Source: Salinivirgaceae bacterium (GTDB lineage Bacteria > Bacteroidota > Bacteroidia > Bacteroidales > SZUA-534). Taken from it: a stretch of 64,000 bases of DNA. This document shows, piece after piece, positions 10,781-19,769 of the stretch. The position numbers were made by a program, and so were the translations under genes. The notes beneath the pieces were generated by a model. The model was not told the origin of the DNA and did not search any database. It saw only the letters and a list, made by a program, of their open reading frames with translations. How positions within the stretch are numbered: position 1 is the stretch's first letter; each line of letters opens with the position of its first letter. Location: NCBI GenBank assembly GCA_024405635.1, contig JAKSOL010000006.1, positions 32,001 through 96,000 on the forward strand, written 5' to 3'.

Positions 10781-10973
10781 GTTTTTTGCTAATTTCCGAC
10801 AAATAATGTTCCGCTAAGTCATAGAGTTGATGGGCGAGTGTACCAGCTCAAAAAAGCAGACTCAGTAAATTTTGTACTGAGTTAATGGTTTTACCGAAGT
10901 TTTTCTCGGTGGTGGTGGTGTCGGCTTTTGGGGAGGGAGGTTAAATAAATGTACGTCTGCCTACCTTTATTAA

Positions 10974-11840
10974 TTATTTCGCTCTATTTATTTCTATGAC
11001 TTGACCGAGATGATAAACCACTTGCCAGAAACATAGTTCACCATTAGAATCTAAGTTTATGCCACCATTACAATCATCGTGAAGACGAGCAGGATTTCCT
11101 TTCTTGTCGAGCATTGGAGTGAAACTTATATCCTCAACCTTTACAAGCGCGGTATCTCGCTCTTTGTTATAACCAACAGCTAAGCTGAGATATTTATAGT
11201 TGATAGGAAGATATGGATAGTCGCCGTTATTCCAAATGAGAATATCGCCTAGTAGAGGATCGTTCTCGTCTATGACATTTGGGTTGTAGTTGAAAGTTCC
11301 GTCGTCAAAGAATTGCAAATACTTCTTATATGTAGTGTCTTTTATCTCTCTAAATTCCTCTTTCTTAACTCCTTCTACTATCTGATCAAAGTATACTTGC
11401 TTGATAACGAGGTACAATGTGTTTTCTTTAGTTGGTGCCTCGTCGTCGTCGTCATTTTTCTCCTCGTCTTCTATCTGTTCTAATTCTTCAGGACCATAGT
11501 TTTCCGCAAAGACTTTGTCTGGCAAAAGATCTAGTACATCATCAGGAAGAAGGTCGATAAGAGATAGAGGTATTAGTTCTTCAAGTGCCACTTCAAAATT
11601 AGCATCATCATCTTTTGGAATAATCTCGCTCGCATCATATTTGGCTTGTGTCATACACTTGTCATAAACCTTTGCTGGGATGTCAATAAATTCACCACTT
11701 TGATGTTCCTTGCACTCTTTAATAAAGTCTCCAACAAGTTTTATATCGCAATCTACGATGTCAACACTTGTCTCGTATTCACCAAAAAACTCACCATCAC
11801 GAAAGATGGCAAATCCGTACACAATAGAATGTTTTGTCAT
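10974..11840 (-). CDS. Acidic N-terminal region plus C-terminal ASCH/PUA-like domain
   Basis: TLYLVIKQVYFDQIVEGVKKEEFREIK carries the ASCH GxKxxExR signature from aa ~141; VGY..RD.ALV and YHLGQVIE. Confidence 0.7.
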   Translation of the reverse strand: MTKHSIVYGFAIFRDGEFFGEYETSVDIVDCDIKLVGDFIKECKEHQSGEFIDIPAKVYDKCMTQAKYDASEIIPKDDDANFEVALEELIPLSLIDLLPDDVLDLLPDKVFAENYGPEELEQIEDEEKNDDDDEAPTKENTLYLVIKQVYFDQIVEGVKKEEFREIKDTTYKKYLQFFDDGTFNYNPNVIDENDPLLGDILIWNNGDYPYLPINYKYLSLAVGYNKERDTALVKVEDISFTPMLDKKGNPARLHDDCNGGINLDSNGELCFWQVVYHLGQVIEINRAK

Positions 11841-11845
11841 AGTTG

Positions 11846-14845
11846 TTATTTCTTTTTATTATTTAACTCCTTTAATTCCTTCTCTGTCAAATCCTCACTA
11901 TCAAGGATTTCTGCTTTTAAGTCTTCGTAAAGCACGTTATCTCTTTTGTTTAGTTTGAAGCTTACAACACTATCAATATTGTAGTGGATTGTCCAATCAC
12001 AAAGTCTATCTTTGTTGTATTCTTCTATTCTATTATAGTTATCAACAAGTGTATCTTTATCAGTTTTACACATACCATCAACTGAATAAAAATCATCCTT
12101 AAGTTTTACAAGAAGTAAACTGCCACTATAATCGCGTGAATTGCGGAATAGCATATACTTGAACTTCTTAGGAACAAATGGAAATACGCCATCGTTGTAC
12201 GACTCAATGTTCGACACATTATTAGGGTCGATAAATACATCGGTTCGCAACTTATACTTAAGCATCGAGTGTTCTTCTTGTTCAAGATATTTTGATGCAG
12301 TATTGACACTTATGACGCGGCTCTCATCTTCTTTAAACCCAAATAGAATATTCCAAAATGGGATGCCAGACAATGTCAGGCGAAGCACTCTGTTGTCTTC
12401 ATTGAAGAATCCTTCTTCTATGCCCAAATCCTTTTCATCTATAATCTCTTTGTCCTTCTCTTTGATATCACCGTTGAGAGCATACATTGAATTCTTTATG
12501 TTTTTTGGCGTCATAAGGACAGGCCAATAGAATGGAGTGTCACGCCAACCATCAGCCTCTTTACCATTCTGACGAATAAGCATAAGTACAGGATAATCTA
12601 CCGCCTCATCACGCGATGGTGCTGTGTCGGTTCGGCCATCGTCTGGAGCATCAATATAGTTTCCATTTATACGCACACGACTCATGTTGCGGTTTTCAAC
12701 ATAATGAACATGAACCTTTTTCTCTTTGTTCTCATCTTGCAATGAATATTCTATTGCAGCAAGCATTTCGTTCTCGTCCCACTCCAAACCTGCATTGTAT
12801 GTACAAACCTTGGTGTCTTCGTATATATATGTCGAACGAATCTTCTTGATAATGTCAGCGGCGGTTTGCACATCCATATCAAAGAATCCATCTGCAACAA
12901 AACCTATATATTTCTTGATGGTGTCATCAATATCAGCAATAGTTTTACTGATAGCACTCTTGGGACCTGTTTGGAACCCTACAGGCAATATACGTTGATG
13001 AGCTTTTATCAGCGAGACATTTGTGAGTCTTATCTTTTGAGACGCGCAAGGCTTTATGTGCTTGTCGTAACCTATAAATTCTGGCTTGAATGATATACTA
13101 TCATCGTCATCATATTTCATCAGTATAAGCTGATTACGAAGTTCTTCATCGATATCATTTATTTTCTTAAGAATATCATAGATATATCGAGTCGTATGGA
13201 AACGCATAACTGCCATATCTTCTTTGCTGCGTGAGCCATACATACGTGCATGCTGAAGCACTGTATCCATTTGGAAGTTCTTAGGGTCTCGGCCATAGAA
13301 GAAGCAGAGCATATTATCAATAGTAATGCCTCGATCAAGAATAGAGCCACCTATGAAGATGTTGGCTGTGCATGTAAGTTCGAGTTGTCCCTTCTCGTTA
13401 AGACATGACGCTACGTCATTGTCTGAATTGACTATTTGTGTTCTGTAATCATTGTTAGCAAATATCCTAACAATTCTCTCATTGATGTCGGCCAATGAAG
13501 GTAGTTCAACATTTATAAGACCTTCGTCTCGGCCTTTTTTATTTGACTCAACAAAGTCTGCATAAGCCTGTCCTATCATATCCTCAACACGCAGATCGAC
13601 TTTTTCATCAATAGTTGTCTTTGACAAGAACCACCTTTTGACGTCGTCAATAACTTTCTCAATCAGTTTATCTTGCCATTCATGAGCTGTTTTACCAGTG
13701 TCAAGGTGGATGAGGCAACTTGTGTAACACTCTTTACCTGTTTTTTCTTCTTGTATTGAACGAATTGCAGCCGACATGAAATAGCAGATGATTGATCTAG
13801 TAAGTCCATAGATATTCATTGAACCAATGCCATGGTCAATGTATCTTTTATCAGCCTTGCCCATAACATCAATACACTTAGGATCAACAGCGACAAACAG
13901 ATGAGAGTACATTGACTCAGGAGATTGAGAATCAACAAAATACTGCTGACCTCCAATATATCTATCATGAACTGGTACAAGCTCTGTGTGATGCGGCTTG
14001 AATTTTGGTGATATGTTGCTATCGTTGTCAATCACGATATAACCATCTGGTTGCAAGTATAGGGCGTACGGAGTTGCTGTAACTTGAAGAAAACGACAAT
14101 AGTCTGGTATCTGCAAGAATTCTGTTATTTGTTTCGTTATCTTGGCCATTGACTTAACGCCACGAACAGAACGGAAATTGCAACTAGCAAAGTCGGCCTC
14201 ATCATCAACTACAAGAACTTTTTTATGTTTGAGATATGGCGACTTGGTGGTAAACAAGTCCTTAAGATGGTCGAGGTTTGTTTTTTCCTTTTTGCATACA
14301 ATAACAATCTTTGCCTTGTTGGTTATTGACTCTTGCAAGCCATTCTTCTTGAAATTTTCAAGAATATCAAATATTCTTACGACACCTTTCTGTCCAATGA
14401 TTTGTTTGTCTTTGAAGCAAGCATAATCATCTTCAAAGCGTTGTTGAGTCTGTGTCGCAAGCGTTTTTGTTCCTTTGGTCATTACAATGCAGATATCTAT
14501 ACCACGATCGAAAGAGAGTGCTATTATCTGCTCAAAGGTGTTGGTTTTGCCACATTGTATCTTACCGAGGAGCAATACTGGCCATGTTGCATTCTGACAA
14601 TCCTGTAGCAAAGCATCTACAGTGTTCCTGACGCACTTCTCCATATTTGACGAATGAGGTTGTACGACAGGATATGGCGAGTTACAACGAAGCGTGTTAT
14701 ACATATACTCTTCGTCATTATCTGCACCTTCAAGAGTTGCAAGTTGCTTACGAAGAGGTGTTATAACATCATCACTCATACCAGCATTTTTCAAGTCGTT
14801 AATGCTGCGTCTGAGCGTCACAATTTGTTCTTGTTTTGTAGCCAT
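11846..14845 (-). CDS. Z1-domain SF2 helicase/ATPase-like protein with a C-terminal ASCH-like domain
   Basis: LLGKIQCGKT, VDDEAD, VTATPY, GGSILDRGITI and DTVLQHARMYG motifs; GFKEDESR in the last ~180 aa. Confidence 0.8.
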   Translation of the reverse strand: MATKQEQIVTLRRSINDLKNAGMSDDVITPLRKQLATLEGADNDEEYMYNTLRCNSPYPVVQPHSSNMEKCVRNTVDALLQDCQNATWPVLLLGKIQCGKTNTFEQIIALSFDRGIDICIVMTKGTKTLATQTQQRFEDDYACFKDKQIIGQKGVVRIFDILENFKKNGLQESITNKAKIVIVCKKEKTNLDHLKDLFTTKSPYLKHKKVLVVDDEADFASCNFRSVRGVKSMAKITKQITEFLQIPDYCRFLQVTATPYALYLQPDGYIVIDNDSNISPKFKPHHTELVPVHDRYIGGQQYFVDSQSPESMYSHLFVAVDPKCIDVMGKADKRYIDHGIGSMNIYGLTRSIICYFMSAAIRSIQEEKTGKECYTSCLIHLDTGKTAHEWQDKLIEKVIDDVKRWFLSKTTIDEKVDLRVEDMIGQAYADFVESNKKGRDEGLINVELPSLADINERIVRIFANNDYRTQIVNSDNDVASCLNEKGQLELTCTANIFIGGSILDRGITIDNMLCFFYGRDPKNFQMDTVLQHARMYGSRSKEDMAVMRFHTTRYIYDILKKINDIDEELRNQLILMKYDDDDSISFKPEFIGYDKHIKPCASQKIRLTNVSLIKAHQRILPVGFQTGPKSAISKTIADIDDTIKKYIGFVADGFFDMDVQTAADIIKKIRSTYIYEDTKVCTYNAGLEWDENEMLAAIEYSLQDENKEKKVHVHYVENRNMSRVRINGNYIDAPDDGRTDTAPSRDEAVDYPVLMLIRQNGKEADGWRDTPFYWPVLMTPKNIKNSMYALNGDIKEKDKEIIDEKDLGIEEGFFNEDNRVLRLTLSGIPFWNILFGFKEDESRVISVNTASKYLEQEEHSMLKYKLRTDVFIDPNNVSNIESYNDGVFPFVPKKFKYMLFRNSRDYSGSLLLVKLKDDFYSVDGMCKTDKDTLVDNYNRIEEYNKDRLCDWTIHYNIDSVVSFKLNKRDNVLYEDLKAEILDSEDLTEKELKELNNKKK

Positions 14846-14877
14846 ACATGTTGTGTTGTTTTTTTTCTATAATCATT

Positions 14878-16098
14878 TTACAATTTTAACCCCGAAGCTT
14901 TTGGCGAGAAGTCTTCGCGTATCTTAATACTAATAGCACATGCAACCTCTGACTGAGGAAAGCCTAGTTTCTCACCAAAGTCATAGATGAGGTTCAACTC
15001 ATTATCGCCAAGTTCGCCATCTGCAAATGCGACATCAATGAAATAACGGAGCATATTGTTTCGCATGTCAGGTGATATTTCGAGTACCTTGCTTACTGAG
15101 TCATTAAATGCCTGAGCCACATCGCCCTTCTCTATTCGTTTCAACTTCTTATGGGGGAATAGGCAGTATGCTCCTAATTGTTTCACAATAAACTCTTCCT
15201 CGTTCTTGTCCGACTTTCCACCAAACTGAGATACGAAGATTCCTGCTGAAGCTATAAAGTCAGATAGGGCAGCATCCAAATCGTCGTATATAAAGTTCTG
15301 AAGGGCTATTATTAACTCGTTCATACCACGGGTGAGACCTGTCTGTGTCTTTGCTGTCGCAAATAACTCCAATGCCCTAATACGGATAGGATTAACAGGA
15401 TGTGTACCTTCGCTGACACCATCACCTTTCATGAAGAACTCCAAACGCTTGCTATTCTCCGCCATCAAAGTGTCTATGCTTACATTCATCTTTTCGAGGA
15501 ATAAGCCTGATGCCATCTTGAATACTGCTGTCACACAAGCTTCAAGATTCTCGTTGGCCATATAACCGTAGCGGTCGGCCCCCAACTCTGCCAACTGACC
15601 ATAGAGCTGTACTCGTTTACTCAAAAAGTCAGGAACTTTTACTTTATCTTCTTCGGTTGGATAGATGAATCTAAATAATTGCGAGATTGTTGCATCGTTA
15701 TTAATCAAGTGACCTATTTCGTGACCTATAACAAACTTCAATTCTTCTTCGTTCAACAAATTGAATAGTCCTGAATTTATCTCTATAATATGTGGACGTT
15801 GCTCATCACCAGAGCAATACGAATAAGCGTTTACCACACCGTCTCCTGTTATGTAAAAGTCAATATTACCTACAAATCCAAGTTTCTCTTTTACTTCTTG
15901 ACAGATGACATAGAAGTGAGGCAACAATGTCTCACTCACTTTTAGGCTATTGCCTTCCATCACACTGCGCAAGTTCATGTCAATGCCTGCGCCTTCACAA
16001 TGCTGACGGATTATTTCTGTTACACTGCCTTGCAATACGTTAAAAATCTGACGAGCAAGAAGATCTTGCATTTTGATTTTCGGATCTAGTTCTCTCAT
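14878..16098 (-). CDS. M48 family zinc metallopeptidase fused to a TerB-like domain
   Basis: NAY, HEIGH, ELGADR and THP..RI motifs; C-terminal VAFADGELGDNELNLIYDFGEKLG. Confidence 0.78.
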   Translation of the reverse strand: MRELDPKIKMQDLLARQIFNVLQGSVTEIIRQHCEGAGIDMNLRSVMEGNSLKVSETLLPHFYVICQEVKEKLGFVGNIDFYITGDGVVNAYSYCSGDEQRPHIIEINSGLFNLLNEEELKFVIGHEIGHLINNDATISQLFRFIYPTEEDKVKVPDFLSKRVQLYGQLAELGADRYGYMANENLEACVTAVFKMASGLFLEKMNVSIDTLMAENSKRLEFFMKGDGVSEGTHPVNPIRIRALELFATAKTQTGLTRGMNELIIALQNFIYDDLDAALSDFIASAGIFVSQFGGKSDKNEEEFIVKQLGAYCLFPHKKLKRIEKGDVAQAFNDSVSKVLEISPDMRNNMLRYFIDVAFADGELGDNELNLIYDFGEKLGFPQSEVACAISIKIREDFSPKASGLKL

Positions 16099-16158
16099 TG
16101 TATCTAAGATTTGGAAGTTTCGAAATTTGCTGGATTTATTTCCATAGGAATATTGTTT

Positions 16159-16677
16159 TTAGTACGTTTTTACATTAGCAATACTTTCGGGAGATGCCGT
16201 CTGTAAATCGACAGGCTGCGTTATTTCTATTTTGAAGTTTTTGCAAACAACATCAAAGTACCAAAGCGCGAGTTTGGGCCGAAAATCGTACATTAAGTGT
16301 TGCATGATATCCTTTACAGCCAAACTCTTTTTCCCCTTGACGAAGCAATAAAACCGAGTGATATGCAGGTTGTGGTACATCTGCATATTATAATTAGCCA
16401 ATTTCATTTTTCCGTTAGGAGTTACAGCGTTTTTGTTAATAGCTGTAAGGTCGTTTTGGTATTCTGAAGTGTTACTTAAATAATCTATTTGCCCCATTAC
16501 CGACAAAAGAAATTCCTTTTCAGAACGCTGCTCTACAAGAAACTCTCGACTATCATTCCAAAGGTTATGAAGAAAGTCCATATATTCAGAATTCTTCATA
16601 TTTTCTTGAATAATCATCTTGGCCAACGACTCTGGCAACAATTTTGTTAAGTATTCTTCTTCAGTGTATTTTGCCAT
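16159..16677 (-). CDS. Hypothetical protein, translationally coupled to the helicase-HNH gene
   Basis: 172-aa ORF; TAATG stop/start overlap at 16677; no recognised motif. Confidence 0.7.
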   Translation of the reverse strand: MAKYTEEEYLTKLLPESLAKMIIQENMKNSEYMDFLHNLWNDSREFLVEQRSEKEFLLSVMGQIDYLSNTSEYQNDLTAINKNAVTPNGKMKLANYNMQMYHNLHITRFYCFVKGKKSLAVKDIMQHLMYDFRPKLALWYFDVVCKNFKIEITQPVDLQTASPESIANVKTY

Positions 16678-18938
16678 TATTCTTTGTCACTTTTTATTGT
16701 ATTGCACTTTCTGCAAAGTAATTGTAGGTTTTCTGGAACCGACTTACCTCCGTTGTTCATAGCCTTTATGTGATCAACTTGGAACACGCTTTTAACGCGA
16801 GATGTTCTTCCGCAAATTGCGCACTTGTATTGGCCATTTGGCTGTTTGGCTGCAAAGTACACACCTTCTCTCAATCGTTTTGCGTACATTGGATCTACTT
16901 CCTCAATTTGCTTAAGAGGAAGTTCGTCAAGATTGCGCTTTCCGTATTTTACATTGTTGTCCAATTGGTCGTAAATGTCGGGACGGCGAATTTTAAGTAT
17001 CTCAACATCAACTTGTTTTAGGAAATAAGCCTTGCGTCCAAAGAACAATTTTATAATTTCTTCATCTTGGCTATCCCAAAGATTATCAAGATATTCGTCT
17101 TGTGCCCTTGCGCCCATATCTTGGTCGTAGATGTGTTGGGCTATTTTCTTTATGTCGAGGCGACTTCTGTCAACTTGCTCAAACTTGTAGAATTTAGGCG
17201 CATTGTCCTTTTGGCAGAAGTATCTGATAATGTTAATGACATCTGACCTACGATATGGTGGAATCATGTAGTTATTGAAGTAGCTCTCGAAGCATCTTGC
17301 CTCCAATTCGTCAAGTATTTCATCGGTAGGATGCTCGACATCGGTAAGGTCGTATTCTTCAAGAAGATAAGGCATATCGTTCAGCATTGTGGCGTATGCT
17401 TCCATTGAGTTGTCGTAAACAATTACTTGACACTGCACATCGCCCTCGTTTTCTGTGGTGTATTGGAATACGTACATTCCCACAGGAATTCTCTGCATAA
17501 AGTCAACCTTTTCCAATTCTGAGGTATCAACCTGACTGTCAAGTATCTTGGCAAACTCCTCGATTTTTGAAATTGCAATTGAACGAATGTTCTTAGTAAG
17601 ATTATTGTATTCTGTTTCTCTGAATTCGTTGTCACCATTGAATATAGTTTCAGGGTTAACCCACATAATGTTTTCGTTCCAATCGTCAACAAACGATACA
17701 ATGTAAGCCTCTTCAGTACCACCAGCAGCAGGACCTCTTAGTGCGCGGCCTATCATTTGGGTCATTAAGATTGTGGAAGTTGTGGGGCGAGCCAAGAATA
17801 CGGTTTTGGTTTGAGGAAGATCGACACCCTCGGTAAGTATATTTACGTTTACCAACACTTTCAGCGTTCCGTCTTGATATTCCTTTATCTTACGTTCGTT
17901 TTCTTCTTTTGAAATTGATGCTCCTGTTGCTGAATCTTTTATCGATGATACAACATAATCGGCAATTCGTCCATTTTCGTTAAAAAGCTTGCAGAGCGAT
18001 ATTGCGTGTATTATGTTGGTTGCAAAAACGATTGTTGGTCCGTATAGTTCAGCATCTTCAAAATATTTGTTAACGATAAACCTATTACGGTTTGCATTCC
18101 CGGCCATTTTATCTGCTATGCTGTCTGGAAGAACATCTAGTTGCATAATGTTGTTTATCTCGTCGAGACTGAGGTCGGTAAATTTTTCTTCGGTATAAAA
18201 TATTTTCTGAATTGGTTTCGATAGTATTCGTCGGTTAATCAAATCTTGTAGGCTTACCGAGTACGCAATTCCAAGTTCGTTGTTAACTGCTATTCCGTCG
18301 CTGTTTACGCCGTCGGTAAAAATCTTGGCAAGCAAACCCTGCTCGCTTTCCGATGTTCGGGTTGGTGTGGCTGTAAGACCAAGTATTTTAACATCCTCAA
18401 CCTTTTCCCTAACGTATTGTATTACTCGGCGATACGTTTTGGCGGTTGAGTGATGCGCCTCGTCAACAACAAGAAACAATCGGCTCTCGTTTTCAAGCCA
18501 AACATCAAGGCGGTCAAGATTGCGGCCTATGCTATCTTTGCTTATTACCAACAAATTGTCGGTAGGTTCAATGTGGATTGTTTTGTCGTGGTGTGGTGCT
18601 CCTGAAACAACACGATAAGTGAAGTTTGGCACGCTTGGAAGGTTTTCGAGATAGGCAAACTTACGGAACGATTCCAGTGCTTGGTCCAAAAGCATGGTTC
18701 GGTGGGCAAGCCAGAGCACCTTAATTTTCTTGTCAATAGCATTTTTGAGCAACCAAGTTGACGCTGTGTAGGTTTTACCTCCTCCAGTTGGCAGAACAAC
18801 AAGTGTGCTGTATTTGTTGTTTTTGTTTATCACACCAAGGTTTCTGAATGCTTCAACCTGATGTTGATATGGAGTACGCGGATTAGATGATTCTATGCGA
18901 CTGATAACTCCAAATGATGTTGTTTCAACAGTTTGCAT
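16677..18938 (-). CDS. SF2 (ResIII/DEAH-type) helicase with a C-terminal HNH endonuclease
   Basis: LPTGGGKT, DEAHH, TAT, LTEGVD and QMIGRALR motifs; C-terminal CAICG..VDH..GG..NLQLLCRKCN. Confidence 0.9.
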   Translation of the reverse strand: MQTVETTSFGVISRIESSNPRTPYQHQVEAFRNLGVINKNNKYSTLVVLPTGGGKTYTASTWLLKNAIDKKIKVLWLAHRTMLLDQALESFRKFAYLENLPSVPNFTYRVVSGAPHHDKTIHIEPTDNLLVISKDSIGRNLDRLDVWLENESRLFLVVDEAHHSTAKTYRRVIQYVREKVEDVKILGLTATPTRTSESEQGLLAKIFTDGVNSDGIAVNNELGIAYSVSLQDLINRRILSKPIQKIFYTEEKFTDLSLDEINNIMQLDVLPDSIADKMAGNANRNRFIVNKYFEDAELYGPTIVFATNIIHAISLCKLFNENGRIADYVVSSIKDSATGASISKEENERKIKEYQDGTLKVLVNVNILTEGVDLPQTKTVFLARPTTSTILMTQMIGRALRGPAAGGTEEAYIVSFVDDWNENIMWVNPETIFNGDNEFRETEYNNLTKNIRSIAISKIEEFAKILDSQVDTSELEKVDFMQRIPVGMYVFQYTTENEGDVQCQVIVYDNSMEAYATMLNDMPYLLEEYDLTDVEHPTDEILDELEARCFESYFNNYMIPPYRRSDVINIIRYFCQKDNAPKFYKFEQVDRSRLDIKKIAQHIYDQDMGARAQDEYLDNLWDSQDEEIIKLFFGRKAYFLKQVDVEILKIRRPDIYDQLDNNVKYGKRNLDELPLKQIEEVDPMYAKRLREGVYFAAKQPNGQYKCAICGRTSRVKSVFQVDHIKAMNNGGKSVPENLQLLCRKCNTIKSDKE

Positions 18939-18997
18939 TTTAATAAATGTTTAGAGGTTTAATTAAATTTTAAGCAAACTATCAATCACATACGGAC

Positions 18998-19193
18998 AAA
19001 AAGAGAGGCGCGAACCGTTCTACTCACATTCACGAGGAGCCTCGGATGAACCTCGCTTACCAGTATAGAAAGTTCACGCCTATCGGCGGTTCTGTCATAC
19101 TGGTAATAGGTCAGCGTAAGCTTCCCGTGAATTTGCTTTTATCCGATTATTCTAAACAATCAGTTTCCGAGGCTTTTTGTTTGAATGTGAATA
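18998..19193 (-). ncRNA. Putative structured leader RNA / attenuator upstream of the island operon
   Basis: Six 6-13 bp complementary segments in ~200 nt; several mismatches resolve as G-U on the minus strand; U5 tract after the last stem. Confidence 0.5.
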
Positions 19194-19229
19194 ATAGCTA
19201 ATGCGTTGTTATGTAATATGTTATATTTC

Positions 19230-19256
19230 TTTTAAAAGTTCTCTTTTCTGTTTTTT
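19230..19256. repeat. 27-bp direct repeat, copy 1
   Basis: ttttaaaagttctcttttctgtttttt, identical to 19680-19706. Confidence 0.9.
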
Positions 19257-19313
19257 AACTAATTTATTTCTGTTTATAGTAAATTTATAACAAATACTTC
19301 AAAATCTAAACTT

Positions 19314-19493
19314 TCAATGCCTTTTTATGTCACCAACACCATGCGTTTTCATTTGTTGGTGAAACACATCCTGTCTCACAAGAAAATCCTCTAAAGTCTT
19401 TTTGTCTGGGATTTGCAACATGTACGTTGACACAAAAAGTTTGTTGTCCATACCTGCCAATGCATATTCCACCATCTTCTTGCTTTTGTGGCA
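19314..19493 (-). pseudogene. C-terminal relic of a YhcG/DUF1016 PD-(D/E)XK-family protein
   Basis: Translates CHKSKKMVEYALAGMDNKLFVSTYMLQIPDKKTLEDFL...; in-frame stop just upstream and no N-terminal part. Confidence 0.7.
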
Positions 19494-19679
19494 TTTATAT
19501 TGTTATTGCCATAATATCTCTATTTTTCAAACTTTACGAGATTACAAACCTATAGTTTTTCTACCATTCCACCATCATTGAATGTGGTTTGTATCAGAGA
19601 GAAAATGTAAGTTTCCGACGCTTCATTTTTTTTGACGACCACAATGATAGTCTGATGCTGCTATGTTTTTTATATGTTA

Positions 19680-19706
19680 TTTTAAAAGTTCTCTTTTCTG
19701 TTTTTT
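19680..19706. repeat. 27-bp direct repeat, copy 2
   Basis: Identical to 19230-19256, 450 nt apart. Confidence 0.9.
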
Positions 19707-19769
19707 TAATCGTTAATCATCAATATAATCGATCATCTCTTTCTCAAGTTTACTACCAATTTGTAGCGT

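Noticed and set aside
11846-18938. Classical type I/III restriction-modification, BREX or DISARM system
   Set aside because: No methyltransferase, HsdS, PglZ/BrxC or DrmA/B-type gene set recognised.
18998-19193. Retron ncRNA, IS110 bridge RNA or a known riboswitch
   Set aside because: No RT or IS110 recombinase nearby, and no riboswitch consensus recognised by eye; an Rfam search is still needed.
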